A stretch of DNA of 64,000 bases from Chiloscyllium plagiosum (lineage: Eukaryota): contig NC_057755.1 of the NCBI RefSeq assembly GCF_004010195.1, forward strand, positions 11,010,161-11,074,160. The letters are read 5' to 3'. The notes beneath the pieces are model-generated. The model made no database searches. It saw nothing but the letters and a program-made list of their open reading frames with translations, and was not told the DNA's origin. The position numbers and the translations under genes are program-made. Below are positions 12,076 through 25,930 of the stretch, one piece after another; the stretch's first letter is position 1; every line of letters begins with the position of its first letter.

Positions 12076-15000
12076 TTCCATATTACCCTTACTGCAACCT
12101 GTTGTTTTATTACCAGTGATATGTTTCTCTTGTACTCAAGTTGCCCTTAGTTATACATAATTGCGTCTTTGTAATTATTGCTATTATTCCATTATTCCCA
12201 CTCTTGTATTTTCAGTTTTCCTATTTCTTTAAACAATGCTTCACTTCCTCAAGTCACTTAAGTGCATTATTACCTTATGGCCACTTATTTGCATTAAAAT
12301 GCACTTCTGCTAAGCATGCTGAAATATCTTCTTCAATGTCAGACACTGCCTCTACTAACTTGACACATTATCTGATTTCCAAATTCTCTTTGTTCTTATG
12401 TCCTCGCAATCTCCTCAATAAATCACCATCTTTAGATCTAACCAACTCTCCATCAGATCCGATGTGAGACCTAGTTATGATTACTTTTACCTAAAACTGC
12501 CTTCAAGACGATGTCATGAACGATGTGTCTCTTTGTGTAAGTCCAGGTCGGGTATTGCTTGCTCTCTTGTTGTATCTAGAATATGGAACTTCTTGAAAAT
12601 GTCCGGAAAATACGCCATAAACTATATCTAAACTATATCAAAATAGAAAAATCAATTCTAATGAGGAAGGAAGAAATGTTGATGATGGAGATACAAAGAA
12701 CAAAGAAAGTTTAGAGCCGTGGAACAGGCCCTTCGCCACTCTCAGCCTGACCCAATCCAAACCTATTACTATGCACTTCCGAATAAAAGAAAGAAGTGTG
12801 GATGCTGGAGATCTGAAACAAAGAAAATACAGGAATAACTAGAGAAATTCAGCAACGTCTGATGAGAGAAATTAGAAATAATGCTTTGAGTTCAGTGACG
12901 CTTGTTAAAACTGGGCAATATATTTCTCTCTTCGCACAGATGCTGCCAAACCTTCCAAATTCTAGAGAAAAAAGACCTTAATTTTAGTTAGAACAGTACA
13001 GCACAGAAAAAAGCGCTTCAGACGGTCAGGTCTGTCCTAAATATAATGCTACTCTAAACTAATCCTAGCTGCCTGTTCGTGGTCCATATTCCTCTGTTCC
13101 GACCTGTTCATGTGTCTGTCTAAATGTCTCTTCAGCGTTTCTATTGTGCCTGATTCTGCCACTACCTCTGAGATCAAGCATCCTCTGTCGCAATAAACTT
13201 GCCTACCACATCCCCTTTAAGTTATCCAATGAGTTATCTAATCCTCCATGCATGCTACACACTGCCCTAATGACACAGGTTCTTATCGGTCGAACGTGCA
13301 GTACGTGATCAAACACCATTTGGCAATCCAAATATTTTGGATTCGCTGAATCCCTGTGTCTCCTTTCCTTGTTCTCTCCTCAATATATGCAAATGCATTT
13401 GTCAGGGAGAATTTCTCCTTCATCTGTAATGCTCAGTCCATTTGATTTTAATATATTTCTACATGCTATGGTGTCAAATCGTTTCTAATAGGCTTGAATG
13501 ATTTTACTTTTACGAAAGAAGTGTTCCATTGACAGTTTTAAAATGTTCCAGGCTATTTCTAGAATTCAAAGGAAACTGGAGAGAATACCGTGAGGGTTTC
13601 CATTATCTCTGCCCCAACTCATTTTAACATGTCAGGGGGAAATTCATCGGGTCCAGGAGATATTCAGACTTTAATACCAATAATTCTTCCTGTACGCTTT
13701 CTTTCTTTAATGATACTTATTGGATTTATTTCTACTATCCTCCTTTTTAATAATTCTTTTAATGATCCGCAATGAAGACTGAAGAAAAGTATTTATTCAA
13801 AAATTCTGACATCCTGTCTTGCCATTCCCAATTCTCCAACACCATTCCCAAAGGAATCAATTAACTCTTTGCTAGCTGATTGTATTTTTATCCTTCAACA
13901 AACGCTCTTGGTGTTACTAACTGGCACTCAGTTATCATGTGGAATGACAGAACAGACCCGTCGGGGTGAATGGCCTACTCCTGTTCCAATAGATTCACAG
14001 CACATTAACATATCCTCCAGTCCAGACATTCCAATCTGATTTTGTCTCATTTGCTAGTGTTTGGCCTATATGCTTCTAACCCTTTCATGTTCATATAACC
14101 AACCAAATGCTGTCAAACACTACAATGTGATGCGGTTCTTAATTTCCACAGTTCGTCTGAATCGTTGCAATCACATCTGTTCACTATTGGGACATAATGA
14201 ACCGTGATGTGTCTGCCATTCTTCTTCAACTGTTTTTTTTTTGCGCTAAATTCCTTTCCCAGTCCAACCGTTTGTTCCTTTGTATTTATACTTGATGAAT
14301 TTCCGCAATATTTGCTTCTAAACCCCATTCCCCGCTCTGGGACTGAACGCTAAGCTTGAACCATGTCACGGTCACTGAATTGTGGGCTATGTTTCATTCT
14401 ATCATTTGTTAAATGTATCTTTTGCACAATACTAGATCCTAAGTAACCTGATCCCTCTATCAGAATGAAGTAAGCCATTTTCTCTGTGCTGTCGGTTGTA
14501 TTGGAAATTGAGGTGATTGAAACGTTGCCATTAACATTAATAATGTACTTCTGCTGCACATAGGAATGTTTTCATTTTGTGTTTTACAGAGCTGTATAAT
14601 ATTCAGATGTTGTAGAAAAATTTAGAGCTGAATCGTCTTTGAGTGATTCGAATACATACAGAGAAAATATTCTGAAAGGAAAGCGTACAAATATAAATTA
14701 CTGAATACCTTCTGAACTTTAAAAAACTCTTTTATTGAATATGGTATTTATTTAAAGATACACAACAGTCAGCAAAGAATATTTTTCTAAAATTTAAAAT
14801 GATGTGTGTGTTCGAATCGTAAGGCAAAAATGAAAAATAATAGTTTGATTTACTGTTTACAAATGCTTCAGTCAAGAATTGAAATGAGAAAATTATACCA
14901 AATAGTCAAGTAGATTAATTGACATGCAGTCATTAATTTTCAATAAATCTGTACGCAACTGCAGGGAAGTGAGCAATTCAGTTACATTAAGATTTTTCTT

Positions 15001-16355
15001 CTCTTGCCAATCAGAGAATGAATTCAGGAAAAGAAAAACATTTGAACGGCAGTCACTTTCAGATGTTTATACGACATAAGCACGTTTTCAACGTTCCATA
15101 TTTTGCAAACAAGACACACAGTCTGGTGGGGACAAGATGAATTACATTTGTGGCAGCCACAATGCAGATCAATGCTCGATGACTCTGTTGCGTGATGGCA
15201 CATAGCTACTGCAAAGATGACCTTTAGTAGACTGCTGTGCTCTTCCTTTTGGATGTGCGAGTTCAGGGAGAGTTTCCATGTTGTTGATGATTATGTCTGC
15301 AGGAAGTTTCATTGGCTGCAAATTCTAACACAATGCATGGATCGGNNNNNNNNNNNNNNNNNNNNNNNNNNNNNNNNNNNNNNNNNNNNNNNNNNNNNNN
15401 NNNNNNNNNNNNNNNNNNNNNNNNNNNNNNNNNNNNNNNNNNNNNNNNNNNNNNNNNNNNNNNNNNNNNNNNNNNNNNNNNNNNNNNNNNNNNNNNNNNN
15501 NNNNNNNNNNNNNNNNNNNNNNNNNNNNNNNNNNNNNNNNNNNNNNNNNNNNNNNNNNNNNNNNNNNNNNNNNNNNNNNNNNNNNNNNNNNNNNNNNNNN
15601 NNNNNNNNNNNNNNNNNNNNNNNNNNNNNNNNNNNNNNNNNNNNNNNNNNNNNNNNNNNNNNNNNNNNNNNNNNNNNNNNNNNNNNNNNNNNNNNNNNNN
15701 NNNNNNNNNNNNNNNNNNNNNNNNNNNNNNNNNNNNNNNNNNNNNNNNNNNNNNNNNNNNNNNNNNNNNNNNNNNNNNNNNNNNNNNNNNNNNNNNNNNN
15801 NNNNNNNNNNNNNNNNNNNNNNNNNNNNNNNNNNNNNNNNNNNNNGGATGCTGCCTGACCTGCTGCGCTTTTCCAGCAACACATTTTTCAGCAAGTTGCT
15901 ATCTATGTCAGGCTTCAATATACACAAGGACTCTGCCCCCACAGCTCTCTGCAGCAAGGAGTTCCAAAGATTCGCCCCCCCCCACCCCCCGAGAGAAGAA
16001 TTTCCTCCCCATCTCAGTCTTAAATTGGCCAGGGTTGTTCGTTCATCAGGTGAAGTGACGAAGGGGCAGTATTCAGAAACCTCATGATTTCAAAGAAACC
16101 TGTTGGACTATGAGATGTGGCATGTGACTAATTAAATTCGAGGTTGGGATTATCATAGAATCTTACTAAGATATGAACAGGAAGTGAAATAAGGCTTAAC
16201 CAATAAACTCTCGGCTTGTTAGATCTGGGAATAGGCATGTGTGAAATGAACGAAAATCATAAATGAGATGCTAAAACAATTAAAAGCCATTTTTTGGTTC
16301 TAAAGTGAATCTAGACAGTATGTTTGATTCAAACATATTTTTCTCTCCCTTACAG

Positions 16356-17230
16356 TTAATTTAGTGGCGCTCTTGATCTTGTCTCAGGGAAGGTGTGGCC
16401 TGTCCTCCTGCACCACTTGCTACCTGGTGGCCATGGCAGCATCGGATCTGATGGTTCTTATTACTGAGGTTGTACTGAGGAACATCAATGGTTATTACTT
16501 CCCATTATCCTTCTTAGATTTGACTCCATTGTGCAGTATAATCTATGTCTTATCAACAGCAGCCACCTCCTGCTCTGTTTGGTTCACGGTCACTTTCAGC
16601 TTTGATCGATTTGTCATTATCTGCTGCCAGAGACTAAAACTTAAATATTGCACAAAGAGAAATGCAGTTGTAATTCTGTCAACAACCTGTACCCTGATCT
16701 GTTTAATACATCTTCCTTTCTACTTTAGATTTAGACCTTATGCAATACTGTACAATCTCCCATGGCTCTGTGTTTCAAAGCCGAGCTACTACAGCGATTC
16801 GATTTGGGTGGGTTTTAAATGGTTCATAACAGTTTTTTATCCATTACTGCCATTTGTTCTAATTCTGCTGCTCAACGCTCTGACAGTCAGACACATTATA
16901 GTAGCCAGTCGAGTCCGCAAGAAACTGAGGGGACAGAGCAAGGGAGAGAATCGCAGTGACCCAGAGATGGAGAGTCGAAGGAGGTCTATAATTTTACTCT
17001 TTACCATTTCTGGCAGCTTTGTAATTCTGTGGTCCGTATATGTGATTGATTTCATTTATAACATTATTCCTGGAACTGATTCCACAGATGGTGACCATTC
17101 TTTATTCACATTTGGACAAGTCGGAATTATGCTGGTGAATTTAAGTTGCTGCACAAATGCATTTATTTATGGGGCGACACAATCCAAATTTAGACAGCAG
17201 ATCACGAAAGCAATGAAATGCTTTTTTTAA
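16356..17230 (+). CDS. GPR139/GPR142-like class A GPCR, main coding exon (copy A); exon 1 not present (gap at 15346-15845)
   Basis: Acceptor TTCTCTCCCTTACAG|TT. Open frame with TM1 end to TM7: YLVAMAASDL, SVWFTVTFSFDRF, LPFVLILLLNALTV, ILLFTISGSFVILW, NLSCCTNAFIYG, SKFR; stop TAA at 17228-17230. Confidence 0.9.
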
Positions 17231-19129
17231 AAACATAAATCAACATCATAATTAACCAAATGTTTGTCTCAGGGTTTCCAAGTTATGGATGGTGCTTTCG
17301 TATATTAACTTGATATTTGTAATTGTCTCCATTGGCCGGTTGGAAGTATGGCTGAATTAGATGCTACTGGGAAGTGCCTTAGAGTAGATGGAAGACCCAT
17401 TAGAATGGATATAAGGACAAACATCTTTAACTAGAGAGTGGTGAGTATGTAGAAATTATTGCCACTGAGGGCTATGGAGGCCGGGTCCTTGAATGTATTT
17501 AAGACAGAGATCGAGGGTCACGGGGAAAAAAAACATAAAAAATTGAGTTGAAAAACCTATCGGTGACGGTTGAATAGTGGAGTTGACTTGATGGACCGAA
17601 TAGCCTAATTTCCGTTCCTATGGTCTTATGGCCTAACAGCTCTGAAGGGGTAAAACTCTCTACAAGTATCTCTAGGCCAAAGTACAAAGTAACCCAAGGA
17701 TGAAAGGTGCTCAGATTAATTTTGTAAGTGGAGTTGAAGTGACTATTTCGCAGATTGAACAAAGTTTATAAATAGTGAAAGACGAGACCACTATTCAACG
17801 AGATTTGGATGTGAAACTTTCTCAACTTCTCCAACACGCCTCTTTGCAACTGAGGAGCTGAATGGTAACTTGAAAAGCTAATCCCGCCACATCTTATGTG
17901 GTAATACCAAGTGCTGGAAACAGTAAGACTCTTCCGATTTTGACGCACTGTTGATATTTTAGAAAAGAAAAGTTATCATTCGGTGTTTGAAATGACTTGC
18001 GAATTTTTCAGAGACTTTGAAAAGAGCAGATCTGGAAAATTAAAACCTGGGACTTTTCCAGGTCTCTTCCGCATCCTCACAGTCCGGGAACCCCCACATT
18101 CCAAGTGAGGACACAGTTTCAGACCAGACAGTGATGTAAATCCTACCATGCGTGTAACTAACCCGATCCCACAATACAAATAATGACTGAGGTCCTCTGA
18201 TTAATGATATGCTCCACTTAAACTTGAGTGACCATGTCCACCTCTCAGTAACTTAGATTTGTAACAGGCGTCAGCTTATCTCTCCACTCTCAAGTGACAC
18301 TTGAACCCATGATATATTTAACCGTGCTGCTCTTGTCCCGCTGCTGGTAGAAATCACATTTGACCATGCTAATCCCATTCTACTAGTGCTACACAAATAA
18401 TGAAGGTGACCATTCTCTAGTACTCATAACATCCTAACCTACCAGTAGATGTGTTTGTACTGCTTGGATATGAGGAGGAGGATCTCATTTACATGAGATG
18501 TAGCAATATTAGCTCATTAATGCTCGTGCCCTACGGATACACTGGAGAAAGATGTGCTGGTTTGGTACTAATGCCCAGCTACAGATATCTAGTTGCGATT
18601 CTCTGGTAATGATTATACAGTGACACAAGATCGAACATAGATATTTTGATAGGAGTAGTACAGCAACATGTACACGAGGCTTCACAGTGCTTCTTTGATA
18701 TGAGACTTTGATATGAGAGTTACTGGTATCTTGTACAAACCCTCTAATTTACTTATGCCCTGCACCAATTCTCCAATTCAGTGTTTCCCGACACCAACTT
18801 CCCTATTTGCTGATGTCCTGAGCACATTCTGCACTAAGTGTTGCCATACACCAATTGCCCCATTTACTGATTCTCTCATTGAGGGGTGCCATACTCTAAT
18901 TCTCCCATTCAGTCCTGTCCTGCCCCAATTCTCCTCCTTAGTGCTGCACTGCACCAATTCTCCCATTTAGTGCTGCAATACTATGGACCCAAACCAAAAT
19001 CATGTGACACTCCCACAGTTCTAAACCGCTTATAATAAAGTACTGCCTCAGTATTGGCCATCTCACAATAATTATTCCCACAGTTTTCACCATCTGACAG
19101 TGCTTCAGTATCTCAGCTCATGGGAAAAT

Positions 19130-20640
19130 TGTTGAATGGGTCAATACTGAGGCAATGCCTCATTGCATCAGGGTCAGAATTGAGAGAATGCCACACGATT
19201 AGAGGGTCAGTGCTGAGATATCGTAGGTCTATCAGAGGGCCAGTACTAAGGGACTGAAGCACTGTGAGAGCTTGAACACTGAGGTGTACTTCCTTGTCAG
19301 AGGGTCAGAATTACCAGAATGCATTATTGTCAAAGCACCAGTCCTGAGGCTGCGTCTCATCATCCAGGAGTCTGAGTTGAGAGAGTGCCACATGGTTAGT
19401 GGGCCAGTACTGAGATACTCTATCATAGCGTCAGTTCTGAGGGCATTGCTCATTGTCAGACGTTCAATTCTGAGGCAGTGCCTCATTGCATGACGATCAG
19501 AAATGAGGGTGGATCAGGCGTTCAAAGGTTCAGTACAGACAGTGCAGCACAGTGAGAGAGCCACTACTGCGGGAGTCCACCCGGTCAATATTGAGGGAGT
19601 AGAGTATTGTCAGTGGTTCATTCCTAAGTGTGTGACTCATTGTCAGAGAATCTATTCTGAGGCAGTGCCTGATTGTAATGGGGTCAGAAATGAGGGAATG
19701 CTGCACGATTAAAGGATCGCTACTGAGGTATTGCAGAGTCAATTAAAGTAGCAGCTGAGAGAGAGAGAATCTAAGTCCTGAGGCAAGGCACTACTGTCAG
19801 CGAGTCAGTCCTGATGGAGAGCCTCATTGTTACAGGGTCAGGCGTAACAGAGTGCCTCATTTCAGGGGATCAGAGTTGAGGGTGTGCCTCCCAATTAGAT
19901 GATCAGAACTGGGGTATTGTGGCTCAATCAGAGGTTCGTTACTGAAGGGCTGCCTCATTGGCAGAGGTTAAAACTCACACACTTGTTTATCGTCAACAGG
20001 TTTGCGCAGAAGCACAAGCTTCCAAAGCACTGCTCCTTCATCAGGTGGTTGTCCACAACCAGCCCATGAAGAAGCAGCGCTTCGAAACTGGCTGCTTCCA
20101 AACAAACCTGTTGGGCGATAACGTGGTGTTGTGTGATTCTTAACTTTGTCCACCCCAGTCCAAAACCCGCACCTCCAAGTTATCATTGTTGATGGTCAGT
20201 TCTGAGGGTGGGCATCATTATCAAAGGGCCAACATTGTGGCAGTGCCTTATTGTCAGAACTTCCCTCCTACAAGTGTTTCACTTTGTTAGAGGATTTGTT
20301 CTAAGGCAGTACCTCGATATAATGCGGTCAGAACTGAGGTAGAAGTACATGATTAGAAGGTGAGTCAAGAGGTATTGCAGCTCTGTCACAGGGTCAGATC
20401 TTTGAGGATGTGCCATTGGTAGAGGGTCAATACTGACGCAGCGTATTTCTATGACGGGGTCAGAACTGAGGGAGCGCCACTCGTTCAAAAGGTCGGTTCT
20501 GCGATAGTGCTGCGCTGTCAGAGGGTCAGTTTTGTGAGAATGCCCTCATTAGCAGTTGTTCAGGACTGAGGCAGTGCCTCATTGTCAGAGGGTCCGTTCT
20601 GAGGCAGTCTCTCAGTATAAGGGGTCAGAGTGCCTCATTG
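19130..20640 (+). repeat. Degenerate ~33-34-bp tandem array (GGGTCAGTACTGAGGGAGTGCCTCATTGTCAGA-like); paralogous copy ~47070-48370
   Basis: GGTCAG..CTGAGG...CTCATTGTCAGA recurs dozens of times. Confidence 0.7.
19967..20185. mobile_element. Palindromic Penelope-terminus insertion (paralogous copy 47767-47984; related piece ~62500-62605)
   Basis: Inverted halves around ~20055; the copy at 47767-47984 is flanked by the 13-bp TSD TCATTGTCAGAAG; degenerate hammerhead-like cores on both strands. Confidence 0.6.
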
Positions 20641-20814
20641 TCGGGGGTCTATTTCCACAGTCAACATTGATGCAAAATGCTCACTTAGTATCTCCTTCAT
20701 CTCCTGCGGTTCCACACGTCGGTGGCCTTGTTGTTCTTTCAGGGACACTATTCTCTCCATAGTTACCCTTTTGCGCTTAATGTGTTTCTAAAAACCCTTT
20801 GGATTCGCCTTAGC

Positions 20815-23230
20815 ACTATGTCTCAATGTTATCTCATGTCTCCATTTTACTTCCTGATTTCCCCCTTAAGTACGCTCCTACTGCCTTTTTTTCTATTCTC
20901 AGGATACACTTGTCTGCTGTTTATACCTGACGTATGTTTCCTTCTTTTTCTTAACCAAAAATCTCAATTGCTCTAATCATCCAGCATTCCGTATGCCTAC
21001 CAGCCTTTCCTTTCACCCTAACAGGAATATACTGTCTCTGGACGCTCGTTATCTCATTTTTGAAGTCTTCCCATTTGCCAGACGTCCCACTACCTGCGAA
21101 AATCTGCCCCCAATCAGCTTTGGAAAGTCCTTGCATTTAACCATAAAAAATGGTCTTACTCCAATCTAGAACTTCAACTTTTTGATCCGGCCTATCGTTT
21201 CCCATCACTATTTTAAAATTAATAGAATTCTGGTTGCTGGCCCCAAAGTGCTCTCACACTGATACCTCCATCACCCCTTTTATTTGTCAAGAGTAGGTAC
21301 ATCCACATACTTACTCAGAAATTTTTCTTGTATGCACGAATCAAATTCCTCTCCATTTAAGTGTTTAACACTATGACAAACCCAGTCTATGTTTGGAAAG
21401 TTAGCATCCCTTATCATAACACCCCTATTATTCTCACAGAAACCTGAGATCGCCTTACAAATTTGTTTCTCAATTTCCCGCTGAGTAGGGGCAGCGGTGG
21501 CAGTGGTTCTTATTACAATCCCAATAAAGTGATCATTCTTTTCTTATTTCTCAGTTCCACCAAATGACTTCCCAGGATGTGTTGCCAGTAATATCCTCCG
21601 TCAGTGCAGCCATAATGGTATACCTTATCACAGACGCCAAACTCTCTCCTCTCTTGGCCCCGTTTGTATTATTCATCAACCATTTATATCCTGGAACATT
21701 ATGCTACCAGTCATGTCCATCTTTGAGCCACATCTCTGTGATTGCTTTGATATCCCAGTCCCATGTTCTTAAGCACACCCTGAGTTCCTCTGCCTTCCCT
21801 GTTCGATCTCTTGCATTGAAGAAAATGCAGTTTAATTTATCAGTCCTACCTTGTTCTCTGCTCTGTTTCTGCCTGCCCTGACTGCGTGACTTTCTCCTTT
21901 TCTCAACTGTACCAGTCTCAGACTGATCAGTTTCTTCACTATCTCTCTGGGTCCCCCCTCCCCCATCTTATTGCTCAAAACCAGCTTAGCAGCTCGAGCA
22001 AATCTCCCTGCTGGTTTATTAGTCCTCTTCCAAATCAGGTACAATTCACCCGGCTTGTACAGGCCAATTATACCACACAAGAGAATCAATTGATACAAAA
22101 ATGTGAACCCTTCTCTACTGCCCCAGCTCCTCAGCCATGCATTCATCTGTTCCATCCTCCCATTCCTATCCTCACTAGCTTGCACCACCATGAGTTATCA
22201 AGATCTTATCACCCTTGGGGACTTCCTATATAAATTCCTGCCTAACTTTCTTTCTACTCTCTTCAGAAACGCATCCTTTTCCCTTCCTACATCATTAGTT
22301 CCAATGTATACAATGACCTCTTGCTGGTCCCTGTCCCCTTTGAGACCATTCTGCACCCTCTTTGATCCTGGCAGCACGGAGGCAATGCAGCATTCTGATT
22401 TCTCACTGCTGGCTGCAGAGACGCCTGTCTGTGCCTCTGAGCAGGGATTCCTTTATCACAAGCAATCGCGTGGAACCTGATGTACCCCTTGTTACACTAG
22501 AATCAGTCTCAGTACCAAAACGTTGGTTGTTCGTGCTACATTCCCCTGAGAGTCCATCATACCCTACGTTTCCAAAACAGCATACTTGTTTGAGATGGGG
22601 ATAGATTAGATTAGATTACATTACAGTGTGGAAACAGGCCCTTCGGCCCAACAAGTCCACACCGATCCGCCGAAGCGCGGCCCACCCATGCCCCTACATT
22701 TACCCCTTACCCAACACTACGGGAAATTTAGCATGGCCAATTCATCTGACCTGCACGTCTTTGGACTGTGGGAGGAAACCGGAGCACCCGGAGGAAACCC
22801 ACGCAGACACGGGGAGAACGTGCAAACTCCACACAGTCAGTCGCCTGAGGCGGGAATTGAACCCGGGTTTCAGGCGCTGTGAGGCAGCAGTGCTAACCAC
22901 TGTGAAACCGTGCCGCAGGACCTGCAGGAGACTCTTGTACTACCTGCCTCCCTCTCCTACGCTTCCTGGAGGTAACCCACTTACTTAACTGCATCTGTGG
23001 TTTTTCTCCCTTCCTATAACTGCCATCCATCATCGCCTTTAGGTCCTGTAATTTCCTCATTGCCTCTAACTGCTGCTCCAACCAATCCATGCAATCTGTC
23101 AGGATTTGCAACAAAGACACTTCCTGTAGACACAATCATCAGTAACATGGAAACTCTCCCTGAATTCCCACATTCAAAAGGAAGAGAATATCCCTCTACA
23201 AAAGGCAACCTTTGCTGTACCTATGTGGCA
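20815..23230 (-). mobile_element. Decayed CR1 LINE 5' part (ORF1 zinc finger/esterase and ORF2 endonuclease)
   Basis: EQMNAWLRSWGSREGFTFL (ORF1 SGNH-esterase-like) and KWEDFKNEITSVQRQYIPVRVK (ORF2). Confidence 0.75.
22603..22916 (-). mobile_element. HE1-type tRNA-derived V-SINE
   Basis: Minus-strand 5' end GCGGCACGG..CACAGTGGTTAGCACTGCTGCCTCACAGCGCC (A box), GGTTCAATTCC (B box), V-domain GGGTTTCCTCCGGGTGCTCCGGTTTCCTCCCAC, (TAATC)n tail. Confidence 0.85.
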
Positions 23231-25930
23231 TCAGCCAATAGGGTCAGGCAGCATCAGTCTGCATTGTGGCTCCCATGATTGTATTTTATTTCTTCCCCAT
23301 CAGACTGCGCGTTCTATTTGTAATATATGGAATGTTGAAAAAGTGCTTATGTAGTGCAAACATGCGAAATTGACTGCCGTTCAGATGTTTTTCTTTTCCT
23401 GCATTCATTCTCTGATTGTTAAGTGAAGAAACATCTTAAAGTAAGTGAATTGCAGACTATTTATGTTGTGCATATATATTTATTAAAAATTAATTACTGC
23501 ATCCATGAATCTACTTTACAATTTATTACAATTTTCTCGTTTCAATCCTTTACAGAAGCATTTGTGAACAGTAAGTCCAGCTACTACTTTTTCCTTACGA
23601 TTCGAGCATGCTCATCCTGTTATATTTTAGAAAAATATTCTTTGCTGAATGTTGTGTTTCTTTAAATAGATGCCGTCGTCAGTAAAAGAGTTTTATTTTT
23701 CTGGAAGTTGAGAAGTTATTCAGTACTTTATATTTGTACGCTTTCCTTTCAGAATATTTTCTCTGGATGTATTCGAATCACTCAAAGACGATTCAGCTCT
23801 TAATTTGTGCACAACATCTAAATCTTATACAACTCAATAAAACACAAAATGAAAGCATTCCTTATGTGTAACAGAAGTACATTATTAATGTCAATGGCAA
23901 CATTTCAATCATCTCCTCAATTTCCAATACAAACGACAGCACAAAGAAAATTACTTACATGGTTCGGATCGAGGGATCAGGCTACACATGATCTAATATT
24001 GTGCAAAAGATACATTTCACAAATGATGGAGTGAAAAATAGCCCATAATTCAGTGTTTGTGACATCGTTCAAGCTTAGCGTTCAGTCTCAGAGTGGGGAA
24101 TGGGGTTTAGAAACAAATATGCTGAAAATCATCAAGTATAAATACAAAGGAACAAACGAGTGGATCTGGAAAGGATTTTAGCGCAAAAAACAAAGTTGAG
24201 GAACAATGGCAGGCACATAACGGTACATTAACTCCCAGCGATGAACAAACACTGTTGCAAAGGTTCAGACGAACTGTGGAAGTTAGGAACCGCATCAAAT
24301 TGCAGTGTTTGACAGCATTTGGATGGGTATATGAACATTAAGGCGTTAGAGGCATATAGGCCAAACACTGGCAAGTGAGACACGGTCAGATTGGAATGTC
24401 TGGACTGGAGGATATGTTAATATGCTGTGACTCTATCGGAACAGGAGTGGGCCATTCACCCCAACGGGTCTGTTCTGTCATTCCACATGATAACTGAGTG
24501 CCAGTTAGTAACATCAAGACGGACAGCAAGAGCGTTTTGTGAAGGATAAAAATAAAATCATTCAGCGAAGAGATGATTGACTCCTTTGGGAATGGTGTTG
24601 GCGATTTGAGAATGGGGAGGTATTTTTGAATATATACTTTTTTCAGTCTTCATTGAGGATCATTAAAAGAATAATTAAGAAGGAGGACCAGTAGAAATAA
24701 ATCCAATAAATATCATTAAAGAAAGAAAGCGTACAGGAAGAATTAATGGTATTAAAGTCTGAACATCTCCTGGACCCGATGAATTTCCCCCTGACATGTT
24801 AAAATGAGTTGGGACAGAGATAATGGAAACCCTCACGGTATTCTCTCCAGTTTCCTTCGAATTCTAGAAACAGCCTGGAGCATTCTAAAACTATCAATGG
24901 AACACTTCTTTCGGAAAAGTAAAATCTTTCAAGCCTATTATAAACGATTTGACACCAGAGCATGTAGAAATATATGAAAATCAAATGGACTCAGCATTAC
25001 GGATGAAGGAGAAATTCTCCCTGACAAATGCACTTGCATATATTGAGGAGAGAACAAGGAAGGGAGACACAGGGATTCAGTGAATCCAAAATATTTGGAT
25101 TGCCAAATGGTGTTTGATCAGGTACTGCACGTTCGACCGATAAGAGCCTGTGTCATTAGAGCAGTGTGTAGCATGCATGGAGGATTAGATAACTCATTGG
25201 CTAACTTAAAGGGGATGTGGTAGGCAAGTTTATTGCGACAGAGGGTGCTTGATGCCAGGGGTATTGGCAGAAACAGGCACAATAGAAACATTAAAGAGGC
25301 ATTTAGACAGACACATGAACAGGTCGGAACAGAGGGATATGGACAACGAACAGGCAGCTGGGATTAGTTTAGAATAGCATCATATTTAGGACAGACCTGA
25401 CCGTCTGAAGGGCTTGTTTCTGTGCTGTACTGTTCTAACTAAAACTAAGGTCTGTTTTCTCTAGAATTTGGAAGGTTTGGCAGCATCTGTCAGAAGTGAG
25501 AAATATTTTGCCCAGTTTTAACAAACGTCACTGAACTCAAAGCATTATTTCTAATTTCTCTCATCAGACGTTGCTTAATTTCTCTAATTATTCCTGTATT
25601 TTATTTGTTTCAGATCTCCAGCATCCAGACTTCCTTCTTTTATTCGGAAGTGCATAGTAATAGGTTTGGATTGGGTCAGGCTGAGAGTGGCGAAGGGCCT
25701 GTTCCACGGCTCTAAACTTTCTTTGTTCTTTGTATCTCCACCATCAACATTTCTTCCTTCCTCATTAGATTTTATTATTGTATTTTGATATAGTTTAGAT
25801 GATAGTTTGTGGCGTGCTTTCGGGACATTTTCAAGGAGTTCCATATTCTAGGTACAACAAGAGAGCAAGCAATACCGGACCTGGAATTACACAAAGACAC
25901 AGATCGTTCATGACATCGTCTTGAAGGCAG

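Larger units (their letters stand above)
7530..15345 (-). repeat. Left arm of inverted segmental duplication (partner ~23080-31874)
   Basis: Continuous reverse-complement match, e.g. 7530-7600 vs 31802-31874, ORF 12141-12467 vs 26634-26999, 15000-15345 vs 23080-23420. Runs into the gap at 15346. Confidence 0.95.
15900..20810 (+). repeat. Direct segmental duplication, copy A (partner 42537-48535)
   Basis: Colinear similarity over the intron end, GPCR exon and ~3.5 kb of 3' flank; both copies reach CCCTTTGGATTCGCC. Confidence 0.95.

Noticed and set aside
15217..16087. ORFs containing long X runs (also 35081-35404, 48445-49100)
   Set aside because: Artefacts of N gaps.
16356..17230. Olfactory receptor or TAAR assignment; one-to-one GPR139 gene symbol
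   Set aside because: Lacks OR motifs (MAYDRY, KAxxTC) and aminergic signatures; multicopy and divergent, so orthology to GPR139 is not claimed.
22830..22916. tRNA gene
   Set aside because: tRNA-derived head of an HE1 SINE, continuous with the SINE body and tail.
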